A stretch of 64,000 bases of DNA, taken from NCBI GenBank assembly GCA_963696385.1, contig CAVOKF010000003.1, forward strand, positions 32,001 to 96,000, in the 5' to 3' direction. Below, piece by piece: positions 1 through 8,813 of this stretch. Numbering within the stretch: the stretch's first letter is position 1; every line of letters begins with the position of its first letter. The DNA is from an uncultured delta proteobacterium (GTDB lineage Bacteria > Myxococcota_A > Polyangia > Polyangiales > Polyangiaceae). The notes under the pieces are model-generated. The model made no database searches and was not told the DNA's origin. It worked only from the letters and a program-made list of their open reading frames with translations. The position numbers were made by a program, and so were the translations under genes.

Positions 1-752
1 GGAAATGGAAATGGTCCCCCTCGGGAACTTGCCGGAATTCCGGCTTGAGCACGAAAATCCATGCTGCTGCCGCCGTATGGCTGGATGAACGTTTGGTTCT
101 GCGTGGGCCGCTCCGCTCTGTGAATGCGCCCCGCGATCACGTCGATCGCCTCGCCCCCATATCTGTTGGCGATGAAGTGACCAACCGCCACGTCGTCGGG
201 CATGGTCTTGGGATAGGTGGACAGGATGTGTTCCCGGCAGTTCGCCAGGTCCGCCACGATATCCCTTGAGATGAGAAATCCGGACCCCGACACGAACGGG
301 AATCCGCTCGCGCCGTCGACCATCACGGCGCCCTGATAGACCCCCGTGCGAGGGAGGGTCTTCGCGTACTTCTCGAGTCCGGCTACATCCACGTAGCTCG
401 ATGCACAAACCGTGTAGACGAAATCGTAGTCCCGCATGAGGTGCCGAAATGCGACCAAGCGTTTTTGCAAAACGCAGTTCGCCTGGTCGGAAAATACGTC
501 CGCGGCGCCACACAAAATAATGTCTCCGGAGACGCAGAATTCACCCTCGGCGAGCTCTGGCTTCTCCGTCGAAATGAGCGCGTCGACCTCGACGAGGCTC
601 GGACCGGCTCCGTGGGCGCCGTAAACATAGAAAATGTCGGCGTGGGAGGGGACTCTTGCCCACGTCGCGCGGATCGTTTGGATGCAGCGCTGATAGTGCG
701 TGAGCCTACATCCGAGAACCAAGATTGCGATCTTCACGTCGGGCGTGGACAT
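1..752 (-). CDS. GT31/galactosyltransferase-like glycosyltransferase (runs off left edge)
   Basis: Manual translation from ATG 752 (GGAGG RBS): MSTPDVKIAILVLGC...IRATW...YDFVYTVCASSYVD...FVSGSGFLISRD...PDDVAVG, typical GT-A/GT31 motifs. Absent from the ORF track because it has no stop in the window. Confidence 0.65.
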   Translation of the reverse strand, partial: MSTPDVKIAILVLGCRLTHYQRCIQTIRATWARVPSHADIFYVYGAHGAGPSLVEVDALISTEKPELAEGEFCVSGDIILCGAADVFSDQANCVLQKRLVAFRHLMRDYDFVYTVCASSYVDVAGLEKYAKTLPRTGVYQGAVMVDGASGFPFVSGSGFLISRDIVADLANCREHILSTYPKTMPDDVAVGHFIANRYGGEAIDVIAGRIHRAERPTQNQTFIQPYGGSSMDFRAQAGIPASSRGGPFPF

Positions 753-895
753 GGCCTCCGCTTTTTCGACTGTCCGTATACCACAGTCTTGTCGTGACAA
801 AATCCGCGTCGCGGCGGTCGGCGGCTGGGTGTGCAGCAAGTGGCCGTCCTGGCCTCCGAGACAGACCGCAAACGGCTTGCGGATCGCTCATTCCG

Positions 896-1879
896 TCATC
901 GGGTCGGGCGCGGCGGGCCGTCGACGCGGGGCGCGAGGCACTCGCGCCGCACGAGCGCCGAGGCTTGGCCGACGTCCGCGAGCCAGTCGGATCCCATGCG
1001 AACTTCGTAGGTGCACGCTCGGTCGACGAGCGCCCCGATGAGCCGCAGCTGCTCCGCGGACCGCGCGACCCCGTCGGCCGCAACGAGCGCGCACGAAGCC
1101 AGCGCCCTGCCGAAGGCCTCCGCGGGCCCCGTCGTGACGACGCGTGTGTGCGGCTCGACGGTCACGCACGGAAAGAGGACGATGTCGGGGGTCGCCATCT
1201 CCGGCGCGAGATTCCAGGGGAGCGCCTCGAGCGGGACTTCGCCCTTTCCGCTCGCATCGGGCTCGCCGCGAGTCAGGGCGGGGAATGCGGCGGCCGTCGC
1301 GTCGCCGAGATGAAACGGACGGGGAAAGGCGAGGATCGTCCCGCGCCCGGCACGCTCGGTGAGAAACAGCGCGTCATCGCCGAGGTAGCGCGCGCCCTCG
1401 TCGAGGAGCGAGAGGGTCACCGTCGACTTGCCCGCCCCCGAATCGCCGAGGACGAGCACCCGCAGGCCGTCCCCTCGTATCAGGGCGCCGCCGTGGAGGT
1501 GAAAGATCCCCTGGTGTCGGAGGGCAATCGAGAGAGCGATGAAGAGCGTCGTGCCGGCGAAGCCCCGGGGGTCGAGCCGGGCGATGTCTCCCTCGACGTC
1601 GATGCGCCGGCCGTCGTGCGCGACGAGGACGCGCGCACCCGGCGTGACGAGCAGGAGAGCGCCTCTTCTCTGCAGGGCGCGCACGTTGCCCTGGAAGAAC
1701 GACGGGCGAAACCCGCTTGCGTCGAGCACGCCTCGGTCTGGCTCGATCTGGATCGTCACGTCGGCTGCGCCGTTCGCCGTGGACGCGGCAAAGCCCCCCA
1801 GGAGCCGCGCGACGGGATCGCGCGGCAACGCGGGCGCGCGCCACTCGACGCGCAGTCCGTAGACGTCGACCGCGGGCAC
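896..1879 (-). CDS. HPr kinase-related kinase (RiPP/lasso-cluster type)
   Basis: HLHGGAL, Walker A GDSGAGKST, LGDDALF motif. Confidence 0.8.
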   Translation of the reverse strand: MPAVDVYGLRVEWRAPALPRDPVARLLGGFAASTANGAADVTIQIEPDRGVLDASGFRPSFFQGNVRALQRRGALLLVTPGARVLVAHDGRRIDVEGDIARLDPRGFAGTTLFIALSIALRHQGIFHLHGGALIRGDGLRVLVLGDSGAGKSTVTLSLLDEGARYLGDDALFLTERAGRGTILAFPRPFHLGDATAAAFPALTRGEPDASGKGEVPLEALPWNLAPEMATPDIVLFPCVTVEPHTRVVTTGPAEAFGRALASCALVAADGVARSAEQLRLIGALVDRACTYEVRMGSDWLADVGQASALVRRECLAPRVDGPPRPTR

Positions 1880-1897
1880 AGTGCGCCTCGCTCGCTC

Positions 1898-2173
1898 TCA
1901 GTCGCTCGTCACCAGTCCCTCGACAAGCATCTCCCGGAGCACCGGTTCGAGGTCGCGCCGCACGGTGTCGCGATCGACGCGGAAGCGTTGCGCGAGACGT
2001 TCGGCGAGAACCTGGCGCGTCGTGCCCGTCTGGGCGCTGAGGGCGCTCCAAGCGGCCACGCCGGTCGCGTTGATATCGTAATAGAACTTGGTGCCGAGAT
2101 GCAGGAGGACACCCGTGCCGTCCCGGAGCTCGGTCAGGATCACCTCGGGGCTGGCGCGATAGCTGGGCTCCAT
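1898..2173 (-). CDS. PqqD-family RiPP recognition element (lasso B1-like)
   Basis: 91 aa; ELRDGTGVLLHLGTKFYYDINATGVAAWSAL...LAQRFRVDRDTVRRDLEPVLREMLVEGLV. Confidence 0.88.
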   Translation of the reverse strand: MEPSYRASPEVILTELRDGTGVLLHLGTKFYYDINATGVAAWSALSAQTGTTRQVLAERLAQRFRVDRDTVRRDLEPVLREMLVEGLVTSD

Positions 2174-2246
2174 GGCGCCCGAACCTAACACGCGGGCGGG
2201 GCGTTCTCGGTCGCGAACGAACGCCCTCGAGGCAACCGAAGCGAGC

Positions 2247-2624
2247 TCACGCGAAGCGAAACGTGACAACGAGTCGCGGGTCGGGGTCTTCGCCTACCGG
2301 CGCCCCGCCAATCTCGACCCACGCGTGGCCGGCTCCCGGGTCGTCCTGACGGACCCCCATGACGAACTCTGCGGGCAGACCCGCGCTCCGGAGCGCGACC
2401 CAGCGCGCGATCGCGCGATACAAGCACGTGTCGTGAGCGCCGAGGCACCGAGCCAGGCGCTCGGAGCGCGCCAGCGCCTGACCGGCGCGCGCTCGCGTGA
2501 CCCGGCCGGCGCGCGGAGTGATCGTGCGGAAGAGTGCGGGCAGCGACAGCGCGCGCATCCCGAACGGTAAGAGGCATCGCATCGATACGAGGTGAGCGTC
2601 GAGGACGAGGCCGCGCACGTTCAC
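2247..2624 (-). CDS. Lasso B2-like leader peptidase (transglutaminase-like)
   Basis: TCLYRAIA...VMGV...GHAWVE (Cys-His-acid triad); GTG start overlaps the radical SAM stop (GTGA). Confidence 0.85.
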   Translation of the reverse strand: MNVRGLVLDAHLVSMRCLLPFGMRALSLPALFRTITPRAGRVTRARAGQALARSERLARCLGAHDTCLYRAIARWVALRSAGLPAEFVMGVRQDDPGAGHAWVEIGGAPVGEDPDPRLVVTFRFA

Positions 2625-3709
2625 CGCCGGATCGGCAATCTTGTGCGCGCCGGCGCCTGCCCCTTCGGCTCGCCCCACGCGCCGACCCACCGCTCTCGCC
2701 CTGCGCCCGGCCCCGCAGCGCCGTCGTCGGCCCAGTGGGGCTTGCCAAAGTGCTTCAGGCACCAGTTGCACGGGAGGTGGTCCCACGCGTCGAGCTCGCC
2801 CTCGGCGAGCTGCCGCACCTTCGCCACCTGCGTTCTGTGAATCAAACCGAGGAGCTTGATGTGGGCCTCGGCGATCGTCGTCGTCCGCAGGTCCGCGACG
2901 ACGTCGCTCTCGCCGCTCGGCGGGCTCTCCGATCGCGGAATGCCTGCATGCTGACAGCAGAGATTCAGGTGGCCGGTCACGTCGACGTGGAGCTGCTCGG
3001 AGCGAAACGGCTCGCAGACGTGAAAGGGGTGCTTTTGCGGCCACCCCTCGGGGAGGCTGACCGCCATCTTGAGCGTCGCGGCGAGGCGATCGACGCGATC
3101 GGCGATGGATTGCCAGCCGGACACGGGCAAGAACAGCGCATCGTCGTGGGACGTGCCGGTCGGTTGGAGCACGGCGAACGAGGCACGCTCGGCGCCAAGC
3201 TGGCTCGCCAGGAGGCCGAACGCCTCGACCTGGTGGTGGTTGACGGCGTTCACGACCATCTGGAGCACGAACGGGATCCCGTGGGCGACCGCGAGCGTCG
3301 CGGCGGTCATCACTTCGCGAAAGCTGCCCTTGCCGCGGATCCGGTCGTGCGTGGCTTCGTCGGCGCCGTCGAGGCTAAGATAGACGTGCCGCATCGACGA
3401 CCGACGCGGCGGGCTGTCGTCGAGCCGGTCCATCAGCCACCCGAAAGTCCGGCCGTTCGTGACGATGTGCCAGGTGAGGCCGCGCTCGGCGATCGCGTCG
3501 ACGGCGTCGACGAAGCGCGGGTAGAGCGTGGGTTCTCCGCCCGTCATCGCCACGTGCGTCGTCTTGTACGTGCGGGCGACCTGGTCGAGCGCACTCGTGA
3601 AGACTTCGAAGTCCAGATCGAGCGGCGCCCGGCTCGGATCCCGCAGGCAATGCTTGCAATCGAGCTGGCAGCGATCGGTCAGGTGGAAGGCGAGGTTGCA
3701 GACGGCCAC
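2621..3709 (-). CDS. Radical SAM enzyme with C-terminal SPASM/twitch-like domain
   Basis: CQLDCKHC, TGGEP, VTNG, LSLDG, HDRIRGKGSF; C-terminal CEPF...VDVTGHLNLCC...CNWC. Confidence 0.92.
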   Translation of the reverse strand: MAVCNLAFHLTDRCQLDCKHCLRDPSRAPLDLDFEVFTSALDQVARTYKTTHVAMTGGEPTLYPRFVDAVDAIAERGLTWHIVTNGRTFGWLMDRLDDSPPRRSSMRHVYLSLDGADEATHDRIRGKGSFREVMTAATLAVAHGIPFVLQMVVNAVNHHQVEAFGLLASQLGAERASFAVLQPTGTSHDDALFLPVSGWQSIADRVDRLAATLKMAVSLPEGWPQKHPFHVCEPFRSEQLHVDVTGHLNLCCQHAGIPRSESPPSGESDVVADLRTTTIAEAHIKLLGLIHRTQVAKVRQLAEGELDAWDHLPCNWCLKHFGKPHWADDGAAGPGAGRERWVGAWGEPKGQAPARTRLPIRR

Positions 3710-3855
3710 GAGGAGCTCCTGACGCGTGCGTGTCGACGGGCCGTCGACCGCCCACCGACCTTACTCCGCACCGTCTTGTCGCGCGGCGTCCTTCTTCAGC
3801 CGAGTTCGATAGCGCCGCTCGCTTTCTTCGAGCTCATTACCGATGCTTCCTCCGG

Positions 3856-4998
3856 ATGCACGCGCCCCCTCCCGCTCGACCGCCCACGCCCGCCGAGCGA
3901 TCTCTTCTCCTGGCCACCGCCGGGCTCGCTCCCGGATGGGGAGGCCCGACGGGCCCGCTCGACTGGGACTTCCTCGTTCCTTATGCCTGCAGACATCTGC
4001 TTCTTCCTGCCCTGGGAAGCGCGGCGCTCCGCTCGGATCCGGCATTCGCCCTGCTCGGGATTCCTCCGGACGCGCGCGGCGCGATGAGGGACGCGGCGAT
4101 CCACAACGAGATGCAAAATCATGTGCTTCTCGTCGATCTCGCGGAGGCCGTCTGCGCCCTGGATCAAGCCGGAATCGGAAGCATCGCGCTCAAGGGCGCG
4201 GGGTTGATCGCACGCTTTGCCGACCTCTTGCGCACGCGTCACACGGACGACATCGATCTCTGGGTCGAGCCGGGGTGCGTCTTCGAGGCCGACCGGATTC
4301 TCCGCGCCCGCGGTTATGGCGATCTCGTGCACGCGTCCGAGCCGGTTCCACGCTACGACGGATCTGCCCGCTCGGCGCCCTTGCGGCAGGAAGCCCACCA
4401 ACTGCCGGTGCTGGTGAGCGTGCGGGGCACGCCGCTCGAGATCCATCGCCGTCCGCCGGCAGCGCCAATCGCGACCGCCGCTCGCTGGGCGCAGGCCCTC
4501 GCCCGCGCCGAGCACGTCATCGTGCACGGCGTACGGGTCCGGATTCGGGATGCGGGGTCGATGCTCCTCGATCTCTGCACCCACGTCGTCGTCCATCACG
4601 GCGCGAAGCCCTGCCTATGGCCGCGTCATCTGCTCGATGTGGAGACGCTCCTCGGGGGTCACCAGCACCTCTTCGCGGAGGCCGCGGCGGCCGCTCGCAT
4701 CGCCGACCGGATCGCGCTCGGGGTCACCTCCGCCGTGCGCGGGCAGGTCCTCTCATCCGCCTCCGAGCCGCTGGCGCGCCGGCTGGTCCTCCCTCTCAAG
4801 TCCTTCGTTGGATGGGGTTGGTACAGCCTGGCCGAGCAAATCCTTGGCTACGCGGCAAGAGGGCCAGGGAGCCTGGCGCGTGCGCTCTGGCCCTCGACGT
4901 CGTTCCTCCGCGCGCGCGGCTTCGACCCCGACCGCGGGCGCCTGCGAGCCCATCTGGCGCGCGCACGCGATGTTGTCGCGAGGGCAGGTGCGCGATGA
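3856..4998 (+). CDS. Nucleotidyltransferase family protein (NTP_transf_5-like)
   Basis: IALKGAGL...RHTDDIDLWV...LEIH...HLLDV. Start uncertain: the ORF opens at 3730. Confidence 0.8.
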   Translation: MHAPPPARPPTPAERSLLLATAGLAPGWGGPTGPLDWDFLVPYACRHLLLPALGSAALRSDPAFALLGIPPDARGAMRDAAIHNEMQNHVLLVDLAEAVCALDQAGIGSIALKGAGLIARFADLLRTRHTDDIDLWVEPGCVFEADRILRARGYGDLVHASEPVPRYDGSARSAPLRQEAHQLPVLVSVRGTPLEIHRRPPAAPIATAARWAQALARAEHVIVHGVRVRIRDAGSMLLDLCTHVVVHHGAKPCLWPRHLLDVETLLGGHQHLFAEAAAAARIADRIALGVTSAVRGQVLSSASEPLARRLVLPLKSFVGWGWYSLAEQILGYAARGPGSLARALWPSTSFLRARGFDPDRGRLRAHLARARDVVARAGAR

Positions 4999-5133
4999 GT
5001 CACCGCGCCAGACGAGCGCGGCGTCCCGATTCTCGCGAGTGAACGTGTTGCGGACGACACGGGCTCGACGCACGGAAGCGGTTACGGCAAGTTAGACAGA
5101 GGGCGGCGGGGCCGAGGGTTCGCGACGGCGTGC

Positions 5134-5817
5134 ATGGAGGCGTGGGGGGGTCGATGCAATCGCTCAAGATACTTTTCGGCGCGAGGTTTCCCTCCGCCTG
5201 GTGCGCCTGCTCCAGCGGCGCGCCCGAGCGGTGAATCTCGCAAATCTCTTTCGAGCGCGCGGGCCGCACCGGGCGCGAGCCACACCCCGCCCATTGTCGA
5301 CGGCAATGTGGACGTCGTCCACGGCACCTCGATCAGCGCGTACTTCGACATGACCGATCTGGGCGGCGGGTGGACCGAGGTCCTCGACCAGGACCTCAAC
5401 GTCGCGCCCGGCTACGAGAGCAAGACGAGCTGGGCCGGGCCGCTCAACATCGGGGCGCCAAACGCCGGACAGTATTCGATCGTGAACCTGCTCGCCGCGA
5501 TCCACAGCGGGACGAACTACACTTCCTCAATCACTACCCTCTCCTCATACCTACAGTACCCTCTCCTCAAATACCTACAGTATCCTCTCCTCAATACCTT
5601 CGAGGATCCGAGGACCCTCAACAACACGCTCCCGACGCTCGTCGGAAGCGTCGTCGAGAGTCCGGCCAGGCAGACAGGCGGCTGTGCAAGATCCCCCTGG
5701 AGCGCTATCTACCTGTCGTCCCAATCGGACTACCTGATCGCCGAGGGGACCCGCAGCTGCGGGTTCTTTGCGGTCGGCACGAACGGGGAATGGAACGGGG
5801 CAGTTCCCTGCGAATAA
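5134..5817 (+). pseudogene. Fibrinogen-like (YCDxxxxGGGW) domain fragment, probably degenerate
   Basis: AYFDMTDLGGGWTEV motif; low-complexity N-terminus and an internal tandem duplication. Confidence 0.45.
5535..5599 (+). repeat. About 23-bp imperfect tandem repeat, nearly 3 copies
   Basis: TACCCTCTCCTCA(AA)TACCTACAG units give YLQYPLLKYLQYPLL. Confidence 0.85.
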
Positions 5818-5848
5818 CCAGCCGACCTCACCCCGAGAAGGACTTGTC

Positions 5849-6019
5849 ATGAACCCCAGAGACCAGGCGCCCCTCGAAGCCGAAAGCCACGAAGACTCCG
5901 AAGACGACGCCCGCGCGCCCTACGAGAGGCCGCGTCTCACGAAGAAGCGATCGGTGGCACGCGTCACCCTCTTCTCCGGACACGGGGCCATGGGCGCATC
6001 GGGCCTGACGAGCTCCTGA
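5849..6019 (+). CDS. RiPP precursor peptide, 56 aa, lasso-type leader
   Basis: RBS GAGAAGGA; MNPRDQ...YERPRLTKKRSVARVTL|FSGHGAMGASGLTSS; YxxPxL motif with Thr at -2 in canonical spacing. Confidence 0.8.
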   Translation: MNPRDQAPLEAESHEDSEDDARAPYERPRLTKKRSVARVTLFSGHGAMGASGLTSS

Positions 6020-6054
6020 ACGCCAGCGGCTCCGCCAGGAGAAGGACCCCCTCG

Positions 6055-6330
6055 AGGTGCGTCGATTCTCTCTCCGTCGGCGAGCGCCAGCCGATCGCCC
6101 TTGGCCCGCCTGCTCTGCGCGGATGCGTCGCTCTTCCTCCTCGACGATCCCGACGCCAACCTCAGATCGCGCGGGCATCGCCCTCGTGGCTGGGCTCATT
6201 CGCGAGCTCGAGGGACGCGCCATGGGCGCGTTTGCCGCACGCACGCCGGAGCTCCTCGAGGTGGCTGATCGCGTCGTCGTCCTGAGCGGCGGCCGGGTGG
6301 TCGAACCGGGCCGGATGCACTCGGCCGCGA
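6055..6330 (+). pseudogene. ABC transporter ATPase C-terminal remnant (frameshifted)
   Basis: Across frames: LSVGERQPIAL / ARLLCADASLFLLDDPDANL / DRAGIALV...ADRVVVLSGGRVVE; no Walker A or membrane domain. Confidence 0.7.
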
Positions 6331-6342
6331 GGGCGCAGAGGG

Positions 6343-7377
6343 TCAGCGGCGTGGCTGAAAGCTCGCCTGGCCGTTCACGCTGGGACCGTTCGTGAGTTGA
6401 AACGGCAGCCGGGCGCCGGGGATCCCCAGGAGCGTGAGCTCGGGGTTGTCGGCCGCGTAGCGCGTGCTCGTGACAACGAGCCGACTGCCATCCGGCGAGA
6501 ACGCCGGCTCGGAGTCTCCCTGCACGGAGAACGGCGTGATCGCGTTCGTGCCCGTCGTGAAGAACACGACCTGGGTGGACGTTCCGCCCCCCGAGCCCGC
6601 GGCCGTTTCGGTGAAGGCGATCGTCGCGCCGTCGGGCGAGACTGCCGGGCCACCAAGGATGCCGGCCCCCGTCGTCACCTGCGCAAGCCCACCTCCATCA
6701 GGTTGTACCGACCACACATCGAATCCTCCCCCGTCAGCGCGATCGCTCGAGAAGTAGACGACGCTGCCATCGGGCGCCCAGGCTGGGGAGTTGTCGCGGA
6801 AGCCGCCCGCAGTAAGCGCGGCGGCCGTTCCACCCTCAGCCGGAATCGTGTAGAGGCCGCCAGGTCCTCCCACGACCGACCACGCGCCGTCCGGTGACCA
6901 GGCGGGAGAGACCACGTCCGGGAGGCCGGTCTCGATCGAGACGATCGCCGCGCTCGCGACGTCGACGACGAAGAGCCGATACAAGCCCGCGTCGCTCCCG
7001 CCGTTCGAGGCGAACGCGAGCGTCACGCCGTCCGGCGACCAGGCCGGGAAGAGATCGGAGCCGGGCTGCCGCACGATCGGGTGAAGGTCGGTGCCGTCGT
7101 CGTGAACGAGGTAGAGATCGAAGTCGCCGGTCCGGTTCGAGGTGAAGGCGATCCACGGACCGCCGGCACCCGCGTCGGTCGACGGAGTGTCCGCGTCGTC
7201 GACCGCGGGTTGCACCGATGCGGCGCCTTCCGCAAGGCCATCCGCGTCCGGGGGTTGATCGTTCGAGGTGTCGAGCCCCGGACGGGCTGCGTCGAGCGTG
7301 CCACTCGCATCCGGGCTACCGTGGCCGCACCCCGCGACCCCGAGTAGTGCGCAAGTCAGCGATGTCCCCACCCTCAT
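6343..7377 (-). CDS. TolB-like PD40 beta-propeller lipoprotein
   Basis: Lipobox VAGC; repeated PAWSPDG / PAFSPDG motifs. Confidence 0.85.
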   Translation of the reverse strand: MRVGTSLTCALLGVAGCGHGSPDASGTLDAARPGLDTSNDQPPDADGLAEGAASVQPAVDDADTPSTDAGAGGPWIAFTSNRTGDFDLYLVHDDGTDLHPIVRQPGSDLFPAWSPDGVTLAFASNGGSDAGLYRLFVVDVASAAIVSIETGLPDVVSPAWSPDGAWSVVGGPGGLYTIPAEGGTAAALTAGGFRDNSPAWAPDGSVVYFSSDRADGGGFDVWSVQPDGGGLAQVTTGAGILGGPAVSPDGATIAFTETAAGSGGGTSTQVVFFTTGTNAITPFSVQGDSEPAFSPDGSRLVVTSTRYAADNPELTLLGIPGARLPFQLTNGPSVNGQASFQPRR

Positions 7378-7453
7378 CGAGCGCCCCCGCGAGACGTATA
7401 CCTCCCAATCGAGGAGCCCGTCAAACAAGAGCCGCGCCGAGGTGCCTCGCACA

Positions 7454-7759
7454 TCACGCGCCGTCAGTCCGTCCGAAGTTCAATCGGCTTCGCGGGGCGC
7501 GCGCGATGTCGTTGCGAGGGCCTTGCGTCGCGAGACCAGTGGCTGACGCGACGCATCGTTTCCCTGGCGCGCTGAACCGCACGATCGAGGGGTGAAAATC
7601 GCCCCATTCGCGCGGTGTGCGGGGCGGGAGGATCACGCCGAGCACGAGTTCGCCCCGAGCGTTGACCTTCGGCAGAACGCGGACGTCTGCGAAGCCCTTG
7701 GATTTCGCGAGGGCTTCGAGGGCCCCCATCAACACGCGCACGCCGAGCGATAGCTCCAT
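7454..7759 (-). CDS. Small hypothetical protein, paralog of 49420..49599
   Basis: First 54 aa identical to the ORF at 49420. Confidence 0.55.
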   Translation of the reverse strand: MELSLGVRVLMGALEALAKSKGFADVRVLPKVNARGELVLGVILPPRTPREWGDFHPSIVRFSAPGKRCVASATGLATQGPRNDIARAPRSRLNFGRTDGA

Positions 7760-7880
7760 AAGCTAAACATTTGATCAGCATCTCCCACGCGTCAAGCGAC
7801 TCCTGGGAGACCGACCGCCACGGCCATACGCCGCCGGCCGGTCCAGGCCGCCTCGCTGGAGCGCTTGATCCCGGTGACGC
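7597..7880. repeat. About 285-bp dispersed repeat, inverted copy at 49299..49582
   Basis: Direct comparison of the reverse complement shows high identity over the promoter and small ORF. Confidence 0.9.
7763..7779. promoter_or_regulatory. Myxococcus-type LexA (SOS) box
   Basis: CTAAACATTTGATCAGC, 16/17 match to CTRHAMRYBYGTTCAGS; just upstream of ATG 7759. Confidence 0.6.
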
Positions 7881-7921
7881 GGCGAGCGGAGTTTCCCCAA
7901 CGTGAAAAACGGGGCCCCCAT

Positions 7922-8101
7922 ATCCGGTGACGAAAATGACGAAACTCGGCAGGGCCATTGTTGCTGCCCTCCCGCGTCAGACCCAAGCCCTCTGAATCCG
8001 GTGACGAAAATGACGAAACTCGGCGGGCTATCGTTGTTGCCCTCCCGAGTTGTTGACCCAGCGGTCCCGACCCGTAAACGAAAAATGAAAGAACTCGGCG
8101 G
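7922..8101 (+). repeat. 74-bp-period repeat, 2 full copies and 1 degenerate, iteron-like
   Basis: ATCCGGTGACGAAAATGACGAAACTCGGC at 7922 and 7996; variant near 8071. Confidence 0.8.
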
Positions 8102-8172
8102 GTCGTGGTCACGGCCTCGCGTGGGGCTGTTCCAGAAACATCCCCGTTCGATCTGCAGCGGTCGGCATAGGC

Positions 8173-8760
8173 CTATCCGGGCAGATGCATTCTGCCCTCG
8201 ACGACGACCGTTTCGCCGCCGACTCGTACGCCCGTGATCACGCCCTCGTGCTTGTCCGACTCGACGTCGAGCAGACTGGGGCGCCCCATCTCGAATCCTT
8301 GCTCGACACGCCATCGAAATGTGCCCGATTCGCGTGGATCTCGAGCGCCGAGGTAGGCTCCGAGAGCGACGCACGCCGCGCCCGTCGCCGGATCCTCGGC
8401 GATGCCGATCCCGGGCGCAAACATCCGCGCCCGCACGTCCGAGGCAGCCCGTTCGGCATCGCGCGAAAAGACAAAGACGTTGTGCGCCCACTGGCCGCGC
8501 AGCACCGCTTCCCACACCTCGAGTCGAATGCGCGCCCTGGCTACGGCTGCCCGATCGCGCAGTGGAACGAACAAGAAGGGCACGCCGCAGGAGACGGCCT
8601 CCGGCGACCAAATGCCGTCGAGCAGGTCGTCAAGATCGAGCGAGCGAACTTCCGCGAGGCGTGCGCGCGGCGGGGCAGGGGGACCGATCTCGGGCAACTT
8701 CGCGACCGAGAGCTGCTCGAAGACCGGGACACCGCCGAGAGTCCGAATGACGACCGGCAC
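8173..8760 (-). pseudogene. PhzF-family isomerase, 5'-truncated
   Basis: VSCGVPFLFVPL, ARMFAPGIGIAEDPATGAA, EQGFEMGRPS; the N-terminal third is missing. Confidence 0.75.
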
Positions 8761-8813
8761 GACACCGACGTAGGCCGAATTGTGTCCGGGCGGGCGGGGA
8801 ACTTCAGTCTAAG

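Noticed and set aside
896..6019. Calling the cluster a standard lasso peptide BGC
   Set aside because: No cyclase in the window and the predicted core has no Asp/Glu for the macrolactam.
7922..8101. CRISPR array
   Set aside because: Only 2-3 units, the 'spacers' resemble each other, and there are no cas genes.
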